Source: Parachlamydiales bacterium
Lineage (GTDB): Bacteria; Chlamydiota; Chlamydiia; Chlamydiales; Rhabdochlamydiaceae
Length of the DNA stretch: 64,000 nt
Assembly (NCBI GenBank): GCA_963705295.1
Contig: OY970065.1
Span: 1,888,001 to 1,952,000, forward strand
Direction of reading: 5' to 3'
Shown piece by piece: positions 1 to 7,807 of the stretch (position 1 is its first letter; the number at the start of each line of letters is the position of its first letter). Made by a program: the position numbers and the translations under genes. The notes under the pieces are model-generated. The model was not told the DNA's origin. It was given only the letters and a program-made list of their open reading frames with translations, and searched no databases.

Positions 1-353
1 ATATTGGTGGAACAACCGGTCAAACGGTCAGTATGCCGCTTAGCGAGCTGTGCCAATTTAAATCGTTCACGGACGGAAATGGGAATACCTTGGTCGTTTC
101 CAATGGTATCATGGACTTTAATGACCTTGCAACGTACTTAAACAGTGCGATCAGCAACCCGACTAACCAGCTCCTCCAACAGATTGAGGAAGGGCAGAAC
201 CTTCTGAGCAGCCAAACTCCGGTGATTAACCAGGAGATCCAAACGCTCACAAACCTACAGAACACACTCGAAGGTATGATCGAGAAGGCTCTGGACAGTA
301 GGACCCAATTTCAGACACAAATCGTCTCAAATATGGCAGCAGCTAACGCTTAA
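1..353 (+). CDS. Partial Q/N/T-rich helical protein upstream of the translocator genes (possible T3SS-secreted structural protein); 5' end probably outside the window
   Basis: The frame is open from position 3 to the stop at 353. The amphipathic C-terminus is QTLTNLQNTLEGMIEKALDSRTQFQTQIVSNM, and the gene is co-oriented with the CopB/CopD-like genes. Confidence 0.6.
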   Translation, partial: IGGTTGQTVSMPLSELCQFKSFTDGNGNTLVVSNGIMDFNDLATYLNSAISNPTNQLLQQIEEGQNLLSSQTPVINQEIQTLTNLQNTLEGMIEKALDSRTQFQTQIVSNMAAANA

Positions 354-385
354 TAAATAAAAGATAATAAAAAAGGAAAAAAAAT

Positions 386-844
386 ATGGCTCAAGCTCAA
401 GCAACAACTAACATTAATGGAAGCATGATATCGGTTATCGGCGCAGCTAATGATAACTATAGTGAGATTTCACAAATCGTCCTCATGTTAATGCAAATCT
501 CCGCGCTACAGACACAGGCTCAGTCGGCTTTGACGGATCAATTCAATCGGGTCGAAAATGAAAACCCGACTGAGTTTGCAAGCGATCCCGATAAAGGCGG
601 ATTTACAAACTGTATTTATAACATTAAAAACCCCGATAAGTCAGATCCCAACTGGATGCAAAAGTATAGTGCTCTTTTTGCGGCAGATAATGCTGATGAC
701 CAAGCCAAGATGAACCAGTTTGGCGCTGGAATTTCGCAGCTGAATACATCGGTGAACAACGATACGACGGGCGAAAGTACGATCTTAAGTATCTGTTCGG
801 CGATTAACAATTGTATCGCAGGATTGACACGGTACCTCGGTTAA
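386..844 (+). CDS. Hypothetical 152 aa protein in the T3SS translocator operon
   Basis: AAGGA RBS upstream of the ATG, A/Q/N/S-rich helical composition, and short A-rich spacers on both sides. Confidence 0.7.
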   Translation: MAQAQATTNINGSMISVIGAANDNYSEISQIVLMLMQISALQTQAQSALTDQFNRVENENPTEFASDPDKGGFTNCIYNIKNPDKSDPNWMQKYSALFAADNADDQAKMNQFGAGISQLNTSVNNDTTGESTILSICSAINNCIAGLTRYLG

Positions 845-871
845 AAATAATAAAATAAAAGGAACGGACCT

Positions 872-2032
872 ATGTCCACAGCAATAAATAACAATCAGAC
901 AGATATGCAAAAGCTCCTGTCGCAGCTTCCCTCTTCGGACGGGTCGCAGTACATGGCGCTCATTGCAAAAATCTTGAGCCAGCTCGGGGTCGAGATGGCC
1001 CATATTATGAGTGCAGGAACCCAGTCGATGAACGACCAGGTTTTGATCTCGACTACGATGGCGGATCAAGCCCATACAACGGCTGTCAACTATGAGAACC
1101 AACTCGAGAAAGCCCAGCAAGCCCAGGCCAAAGCCCACAGTGGTTTTTGGGGTGTGATGGGAGAGGTTTTCGGTAACAAGTGGGTTCAGATCGGTATCAC
1201 TATCTGCGTCGGACTCCTCCTGTGCGAATCGCCCGTTGGATTTGCGATGCTCGCAGGAACTGTCGCCCTCCAAGCTTCCGGCGCTCTCAATAAAGCGACC
1301 ACAGCCCTTGGAAGTGCGATGGGAGGCTCTCCTACTGCTAACCTGTTTGCCAGCTTGATTATCACCGGTGGTCTCACCCTCGGTAGCGGTCTGGTTGAAG
1401 GTGCAGGGATGATTGCCGTCACGAAAGCCCTTCCTACATTCTTTGCAAAAGAAGGAACCTCTGTCGCAGAAAATACAGCAGCCAAAGTTGCTGAGCAAGA
1501 AGCTACCAAAGAAGCGGCAACCAGTGGTGCATACTTCCGGTTTGGCAATGCGACCTCTCTTGTTACTGTCAACGCGCTTTCTGCAACGAACCTCGTGCAA
1601 AACATCCTCATGCAGTGCGGTGTCAGCAAAGATAAAGCAGCAATGATCGGTGCGATCATCACGGCCATCCTCTCAATTGCCGTCGTGATAGGTGCCTCGG
1701 CCCTCAACTCCGGAAAAACTCTTGGAGAACTGATGCCGAAGCTTCTCAAAGTCGGAAGTCAAGTTGCCCCTGGAGTGATGACAGGAGGTGCACAGATCTT
1801 CAACCTTCACGCCGGTGTCACCAACATCGAGTACGCTGATGCGTTGAACGCTCTAGCCCCTATTTCTGGCCAAGTCGCCGAAACAGGAACGCTTGCTTCC
1901 TTCTATGGAAAGCAGGTTGAAACCTCGGAAAGTGCCCTCGCCAACCTTGTCGAGAACGAAAGTGATATTTTTAAAATAGACTTTTCAAGAGCCATTGCAA
2001 CGGTTGCAAATGGACTTGAAAATTCAGCATAA
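872..2032 (+). CDS. Major hydrophobic type III secretion translocator (SctE / CopB / YopB-like)
   Basis: Coiled coil ending QLEKAQQAQAKAHSGFWG, followed by long Gly/Ala-rich hydrophobic segments (WVQIGITICVGLLL; AAMIGAIITAILSIAVVIGAS) and a C-terminal helical region. It precedes a second translocator-like gene. Confidence 0.7.
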   Translation: MSTAINNNQTDMQKLLSQLPSSDGSQYMALIAKILSQLGVEMAHIMSAGTQSMNDQVLISTTMADQAHTTAVNYENQLEKAQQAQAKAHSGFWGVMGEVFGNKWVQIGITICVGLLLCESPVGFAMLAGTVALQASGALNKATTALGSAMGGSPTANLFASLIITGGLTLGSGLVEGAGMIAVTKALPTFFAKEGTSVAENTAAKVAEQEATKEAATSGAYFRFGNATSLVTVNALSATNLVQNILMQCGVSKDKAAMIGAIITAILSIAVVIGASALNSGKTLGELMPKLLKVGSQVAPGVMTGGAQIFNLHAGVTNIEYADALNALAPISGQVAETGTLASFYGKQVETSESALANLVENESDIFKIDFSRAIATVANGLENSA

Positions 2033-2059
2033 AGTTAAAAAATAATAAGGAGAATTTAT

Positions 2060-2830
2060 ATGGATCTGGATCTAAGTTTTAAAACCAGCATAGCAGGTCT
2101 TTCGATCGGTGCCCTGTTTACGCAGATACAAGACAATGCTGACATCGAATCAAAGATGTACGATCTCAGCAGTCAAAACGCCCAGCTTTATGTCGACATG
2201 GCCAACCAGGCGAAGAGCTACACTGAGGCTGCAGGTCGTGACCAAGCTAGAGGACAACTCCTCAGTGCCATCAGCTCTATCGCAGGTAGCGGTGCCAACT
2301 TGCTCGCAACAGGAGCTTCGTTCTATTTCACGAGCCAAGCAAATGTTGAAGAGCCTGCGGCTGGAAGCGTCAAAGCGACCATCGAACAGGAACCTGCAGC
2401 TGTTACAACAAGCGCAGGAACTCCCTCTTTAGTGAGAGAGCCCAGCGGTCCAGAAGGTGAAAGAGCGATCGTTACAGGAAGAAATGTTAAGCCTGAAAAA
2501 CCAGAAACGGTCACTCCACAAACAGACGAAGAAAAAGTCGCTGCAGCGAAAAAAGCGAGAGAGACTAAATACAACAACTACTCGCAATTCGCTCAAATGG
2601 GCGGAAAATTCGGAAGCGAAGCGATTGTAGGTGCCGGAGGCATTGCTCAATCGGTTTACACCGATAAGTATGCTTCTGATAATGGTCAGCAAGCCTTGTA
2701 CTCAGGACTGATCCAGATATTCGGCAGCACTCGAGATGGAATCAACGGTGCTATCCAGACCGCTGAAGCTGCGAAGCAAGCTGCAAGACAGCTCGCCGAA
2801 GCTCTCATCAGTGCGAACGCGCGCGCATAA
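2060..2830 (+). CDS. Minor type III secretion translocator (SctB / CopD / YopD-like)
   Basis: Ala-rich, with a single hydrophobic stretch (LLSAISSIAGSGANLLATGASFYF) and an amphipathic C-terminus. AAGGAG RBS; directly follows the SctE-like gene. Confidence 0.65.
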   Translation: MDLDLSFKTSIAGLSIGALFTQIQDNADIESKMYDLSSQNAQLYVDMANQAKSYTEAAGRDQARGQLLSAISSIAGSGANLLATGASFYFTSQANVEEPAAGSVKATIEQEPAAVTTSAGTPSLVREPSGPEGERAIVTGRNVKPEKPETVTPQTDEEKVAAAKKARETKYNNYSQFAQMGGKFGSEAIVGAGGIAQSVYTDKYASDNGQQALYSGLIQIFGSTRDGINGAIQTAEAAKQAARQLAEALISANARA

Positions 2831-2857
2831 CGAAGAAAAAACCGTCTTGTTCTCACG

Positions 2858-2885
2858 AGGCCCCGAAAATGGGGCCTTTTTTTTT
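2858..2885 (+). terminator. Rho-independent terminator of the translocator operon
   Basis: AGGCCCC-gaaaat-GGGGCCT hairpin followed by a T run. Confidence 0.9.
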
Positions 2886-2914
2886 ATTAGCCAACCTCAT
2901 ACTCTAAATTTGAG

Positions 2915-3925
2915 GTGAATATGGCTTTCTTTTCACGTAAATGGCTTAAGTTAGTGATTGTATCGATTATCGTGCTCATGGAGCCTCTTGCTGCAGAGCC
3001 TGATGAAGTTGTCGACGACGGACCCAAACACTGCGAGGAGAAAGGAGAGTTTGTCACGTGCAATGACGGTGTCAAGGTGTTTTATCGGAGACGGGGGAAT
3101 AAAAAGAAACAGGCGATTGTATTCATCCATGATTGGGGACAAGATAGTCAGCAGTGGCGGTGTGAACAAAAGCTACTCTGCCCTAAATACTTTACCGTTG
3201 CAGTCGATTTACTAGGTTGTGGAAAGTCGGATAAGCCCGACACCGATGCTGCCTATATGTTGTCAAATGTGACGAACCACGTTATCTGTGTCATCAATGC
3301 TCTCAATCTCAAAAATCCGATCGTCGTAGGCCACTCGATCGGTGCTATCGTCGCTGCGCAACTCGTGCTCGATGGAATAGCCGCCAACAAATTGGTGATG
3401 ATCGATTCAACCTCTCAAATTTCTCCCTACGCCCCCACCAACGTCCTCGGCTTTAATGGACCTTTTTTAATGGAATTCATCAGCCTTCTTCAGACCAATA
3501 ATTTTAATGCCGGTATCCAAGTCTATCTCAATACCAATTTTGCAGAAAACTGCCACAATGAAGCTTTTCATAATGTGAAAAAGCAGATCCACAAGCAAAT
3601 CTCTGAATCGGTTAAAGACCCTCTTTACATCAGCGCCCTCCAACACTACTCCAACAATTTTGCCCAGGGCAATTGGAATTTCACCACCCCTCAACTCCAA
3701 ACCATCACCATCCCCACCCTCATCATCAACGGCTCCATGGATAAAACCGTTGCCCCCGCTGCTTCCGAATCGCTCCGAGATCAAATTACCAATTCATTCC
3801 TCGTCATGTTCCATGGAAAATACCACTTCCCCTTCCTCACCGACCATATGCGGTTTCACTCTCTCCTCCTCGGCTTCCTCAACGGTACCGACCTCAACTG
3901 CACCGGCTGCGGCATGGGAAAATAA
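2915..3925 (+). CDS. Alpha/beta fold hydrolase with N-terminal signal peptide (ATG at 2921 is the likely start)
   Basis: VFIHDWG oxyanion region, DLLGCGKSD, nucleophile elbow GHSIG, PTLIINGSMD and GKYHFP. Hydrophobic N-terminus ending PLAA. Confidence 0.85.
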   Translation: MNMAFFSRKWLKLVIVSIIVLMEPLAAEPDEVVDDGPKHCEEKGEFVTCNDGVKVFYRRRGNKKKQAIVFIHDWGQDSQQWRCEQKLLCPKYFTVAVDLLGCGKSDKPDTDAAYMLSNVTNHVICVINALNLKNPIVVGHSIGAIVAAQLVLDGIAANKLVMIDSTSQISPYAPTNVLGFNGPFLMEFISLLQTNNFNAGIQVYLNTNFAENCHNEAFHNVKKQIHKQISESVKDPLYISALQHYSNNFAQGNWNFTTPQLQTITIPTLIINGSMDKTVAPAASESLRDQITNSFLVMFHGKYHFPFLTDHMRFHSLLLGFLNGTDLNCTGCGMGK

Positions 3926-3926
3926 A

Positions 3927-3952
3927 GGTCGTAATTCTTTCATTCCTGTAAC
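3927..3952 (+). repeat. Direct repeat copy 1, left of the GNAT gene
   Basis: GGTCGTAATTCTTTCATTCCTGTAAC; 23/26 identical to 4445-4470. Confidence 0.8.
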
Positions 3953-3958
3953 CTGTGA

Positions 3959-4444
3959 ATGAATTGGAAAATGAAAATCGAATTTAAACGGCTTTCCACG
4001 ATTGATAAAGATGAAATCATAACACTTATGAACCATCCTCTTGTAAGACGGCATATGCCTCTTGCCAAGGGTCATTTTGATGATGCAGCCTATGTAGCAT
4101 TTATTATCGATAAAGAAAACCTATGGGTTGAGCATGGATATGGACCCTGGGGATTTGTCATCGAGGATAAATTTGTAGGCTGGGGAGGGTTACAATTTGA
4201 AAATGGTGATGGTGATCTTGCGCTGGTTTTACATCCAAATTATTGGGGTCTTGGAAAGACAATCTATAATGCGATCATCGAGAAAGCTTTTGACGAGATG
4301 GGTTTTAAATCGATCACGGTTCTATTTCCTCCATCCAGAACACGTATCAAAGGTTTAATGAGACTCGGCTTCAAAGGTGATGGTGAATTAATCATCAAAG
4401 ACGAACTGTTTCTACGTTATCGCTTACTCAAGCAAGAGAATTAG
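3959..4444 (+). CDS. GNAT family N-acetyltransferase (RimJ/RimL-like)
   Basis: HGYGPWG...FVGWGGL...LHPNYWGLGK motifs and the MRLGFK C-terminal motif; 161 aa. Confidence 0.85.
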   Translation: MNWKMKIEFKRLSTIDKDEIITLMNHPLVRRHMPLAKGHFDDAAYVAFIIDKENLWVEHGYGPWGFVIEDKFVGWGGLQFENGDGDLALVLHPNYWGLGKTIYNAIIEKAFDEMGFKSITVLFPPSRTRIKGLMRLGFKGDGELIIKDELFLRYRLLKQEN

Positions 4445-4470
4445 GGTCGTAATTCTTTCTTTCATGTAGC
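4445..4470 (+). repeat. Direct repeat copy 2, right of the GNAT gene
   Basis: GGTCGTAATTCTTTCTTTCATGTAGC, immediately after the GNAT stop codon. Confidence 0.8.
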
Positions 4471-4613
4471 ATTTTTGCAAAAAAAATTTGCTAGGAAGGG
4501 AATGATCTCCACTGCACGGGGTGCAGCTCGGGGGATTAACTCATTTAAATCGAGCTAATCCAACCTTGTTTTTCTCTTTATAAAAACGTCCTGTCGGTAT
4601 ACCCTAGATACCT

Positions 4614-5627
4614 GTGAAAAGGGCACTCTTTTTCTTCCTAATATCGTATCGGTTTCTTTGGAGTAACCTGGCAACAACAGAAAACCATCCTTCCTCTTTA
4701 GTTGAAGGCTGTATCAGTGCTATCACCGGAGATGCCTATGTTGCCGAGGAAGATATGGTTATCGCAGGAGCCGAGCCGATTCATTTACGGCGATATTACA
4801 TCAGTGCACAAGGCATGGGGACATGGCGGTATTTCAATCATTTGGTTGTTTTGAGAGAAGGGGATCATTTTCGTGTTACCGAATCGAATGGAACATCCCT
4901 GGTCTATGTCTACGATAAGAAAACCGATAGGTATCTGCCCGATCTTAAGAAATCTCAAAAGGGTTTAACAAATACGGCGCGGGGAAAAATCTCCGGTTTA
5001 ACAAATCTGAAGAATCAATACCTAACTAAAAATCATAAAGGTCTGTTTGTCCATGCACCCGACGGGAGCGAGCGTCTTTATACACGTCATTCCAAAAGAA
5101 CGTATATTCTGGATATAGGAAGTGGGGATATTCGATACGATAGCTGCTTATTGTTGCAATATGAGCAACTTCCCAATGAAAATTATATCTTCTACGATTG
5201 GTTTGAGGATGGTCGACCTAAGAAAATTTATTCTACGGATGCGAAAAAGAAGACCATTTTTGCATGGGCTAAGATTGAATATGATCACGAGATCAGGATC
5301 ACAAGTGAAACCGATGTCAGAGGAATCGAAATAAGAGGGACCGATTTTGAGATTAAAACAAGCGATGGAAGAAGGTTAACTTTTGAACATGAAAAATATA
5401 TCCATGAACTCAATCATGAGCCCTATAGAAAAAAAGATTATTGGCAGTTGTCCGCTATAAAATCTCGTTATTTACCCGAAGAAAAATTTAGCTATAAAGT
5501 TACACCTCACAAAAGTCTCTTAACTTCGATCTATTTAGATCAAGGAAGGTCCCTCAACTTTAACTATTACAAAACGGGCCACAATTCAGTTGCTTTGGGG
5601 TGGCGATTGGGTAATTACGGAAAATAA
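4614..5627 (+). pseudogene. N-terminal fragment of an Rhs/YD-repeat protein (DUF6531-like start), apparently truncated
   Basis: Signal-like N-terminus, then PSSLVEGCISAITGD...DMVIAGAEPIHLRRYY and a beta/YD-like composition. It stops after 337 aa with no Rhs core or toxin tip. Confidence 0.6.
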
Positions 5628-5660
5628 TGAAGAGGATTCTCATTAATGAAGTTCACATTT

Positions 5661-7511
5661 TTAGATATCGGTTAAAAGAGAGGGCTTTTTGAGGGTTCTT
5701 AGGGCGTTGGAAATCGATATGACATCGATAATCTCTTGGAGGATGGCTCCAGCAACGGGTGTAAGATATCCGAAGGCAGCAATGATCATTCCGACCATAG
5801 AAAGCATCATCCCTAAGATAGCACTTTGCAAAGCGATTTTTCTCATTCTGGCGCTGATATGAATAAACTCATCGACTTTCGAGAGAGTGTTATCCATGAT
5901 GACGGCTCCAGCTGCTTCTGCTGTGATATCGCTGTTCCCTCCTAAAGCAATCCCGACGGTCGCTACAACTAAAGCAGGAGCATCATTGATGCCATCTCCG
6001 AGAAAAGCTGTTTTTCTTTTTTGAACTTCTCTTTCGACGATGCTGACTTTTTCTTCGGGACTCTGGCTAGCATAAATATCCGAAATACCGACAGCATTTG
6101 CCAAATATCGAACTTCTTCCTCACGATCTCCGGAGACAATCATGACTTCTTTAAATCGATGCTTTGAGATTAAATGTTGTACGAATGACTTGCTTTCCTT
6201 TCGAGGGGTATCTCGAAATCGAAAAAGAGCTTCCAATTTTCCATCGACAAGAATGAGACATTCTAGACCTGTTCCCGCAGGGAGGGTTTTATTTTCTAAA
6301 CCCAATTCTCCCAACTTTTTCCGACTGGTTATGATGATCTCATGCCCTCCCACAATCCCCTTAAGCCCTTTCCCCTTGGGTTCATTCACTTCTTTGGCAT
6401 CGACGAGCTGAATCTTTTCTTCTTGTGCTTTGTCAAGGATGGCTCCCGCCAACGGATGTTTGGAGTATCTTTCCAGGCTGGCAACAAGTTTTAAGATTTC
6501 CCTTGGGGGCAGTTGATCCAAGATAATTTGGTCCGTTAAGGCTGGCTTGCCATACGTCAATGTTCCTGTTTTATCAAAGATCATGGTTTGGCACTCGGTG
6601 ATTTGTTCTAATACAACCGGATTTTTGATAAGAATTCCCCGACGCGCAGAAAGAGAAATTGATCCAATAATGGCGACAGGGATTGCCAGCAGTAGCGGAC
6701 AGGGAGTCGCGATCACCATGACCGCAAGGAACCGAATCGATTCACCGCTGACGAACCAAGCCGCCAGTGCAATAAAAATAGCTAGCGGCGTATACCAGGC
6801 TCCTAACTGATCGGCAAGCCTTCGAATCCGAGGTCTTTTTTGCTCCGACTCTTTCATCACTTGCATAATCTTAGCATAACGTGAATCGATCGCCGGTTTA
6901 GTTGCTTTGATTGTCAGAGAGACATCTCCATTGATGGCACCCGAAATCACTTCTGTTCCAGGGGCTTTGTCAATTAAAAAAGGCTCGCCTGTAAGGTAAG
7001 CTTCATCCATCACTCCATGACCTTCGATAACGACCCCGTCCACTGGGCAGATCTCATGAGGAAAAATCGTAATGATATCTCCCACAGAAACATCCCCCGT
7101 GGGAATATCCTCAACTTCCCCATTTTTGCGGCGGTGGGCGATGGTAGGAACCCTTTCGGCAAGAGCTTCAAGACCCTTAGAAGCCGTTCTAACGGCATAT
7201 CTTTCGAGCGACTCCCCTCCCGATAGCATTAATATCACCAATGCACCTGCCAAATATTGTCCTAGAATGACCGAGGTGACAATGGAAATCCCGGCCAGCA
7301 AATCGGAACTAAAATTGAAAGAGAAGAGTTTCCTTAGCAGATCATAAACAAGGGGACCGCCACCAAAGACAAATACAATATAGAGCGGATAATTAGCATA
7401 CGCTTGAAAATCGGTAAATATATACCGAAGGATCAGATAAGCAATAATTCCTGCAATGGCAAGGATAGCGATATAGTTCTCCTTGCCATAAGTGTTTTCT
7501 TTCTTAGCCAT
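5661..7511 (-). CDS. Heavy-metal translocating P1B-type ATPase (TPCP / QExxD, P1B-5-like)
   Basis: LTGE, ATPCPL, DKTGTLT, SKHPLA, GDGINDAPAL and LQEIIDV motifs. No N-terminal HMA domain. Confidence 0.92.
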   Translation of the reverse strand: MAKKENTYGKENYIAILAIAGIIAYLILRYIFTDFQAYANYPLYIVFVFGGGPLVYDLLRKLFSFNFSSDLLAGISIVTSVILGQYLAGALVILMLSGGESLERYAVRTASKGLEALAERVPTIAHRRKNGEVEDIPTGDVSVGDIITIFPHEICPVDGVVIEGHGVMDEAYLTGEPFLIDKAPGTEVISGAINGDVSLTIKATKPAIDSRYAKIMQVMKESEQKRPRIRRLADQLGAWYTPLAIFIALAAWFVSGESIRFLAVMVIATPCPLLLAIPVAIIGSISLSARRGILIKNPVVLEQITECQTMIFDKTGTLTYGKPALTDQIILDQLPPREILKLVASLERYSKHPLAGAILDKAQEEKIQLVDAKEVNEPKGKGLKGIVGGHEIIITSRKKLGELGLENKTLPAGTGLECLILVDGKLEALFRFRDTPRKESKSFVQHLISKHRFKEVMIVSGDREEEVRYLANAVGISDIYASQSPEEKVSIVEREVQKRKTAFLGDGINDAPALVVATVGIALGGNSDITAEAAGAVIMDNTLSKVDEFIHISARMRKIALQSAILGMMLSMVGMIIAAFGYLTPVAGAILQEIIDVISISNALRTLKKPSLLTDI

Positions 7512-7807
7512 CAAAGATTTTTAACTCGAGATTGTTGCTTTATTTCTTGGTAAAACATCTCTACTTTTAAATAAACAAACAGATGAATCCTCAGAAATTT
7601 CGCCGCTCTCCTCTCGGCTGCTTTTACGATTTTTGATGATCATCAAATCCCCCTCCATGGCGCGGCTCTTTTTCTCCTCGTCTTCTTTGTCCAAATGTCA
7701 CTCTACCTCCTAGTTCCCCACCTTCACGGTATTGTAAAGACTTTCTTCTTTTGAAAAAATAATTCCATGTCTATATATTTTCTTACGGAATTTGATTGGA
7801 GGTGTGG

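Noticed and set aside
7521..7710. Possible small minus-strand ORF (57 aa from TTG 7694, or 25 aa from a GTG) behind a GGAGG upstream of the ATPase
   Set aside because: Short, non-ATG starts, two competing frames and no recognisable motif; it cannot be supported.
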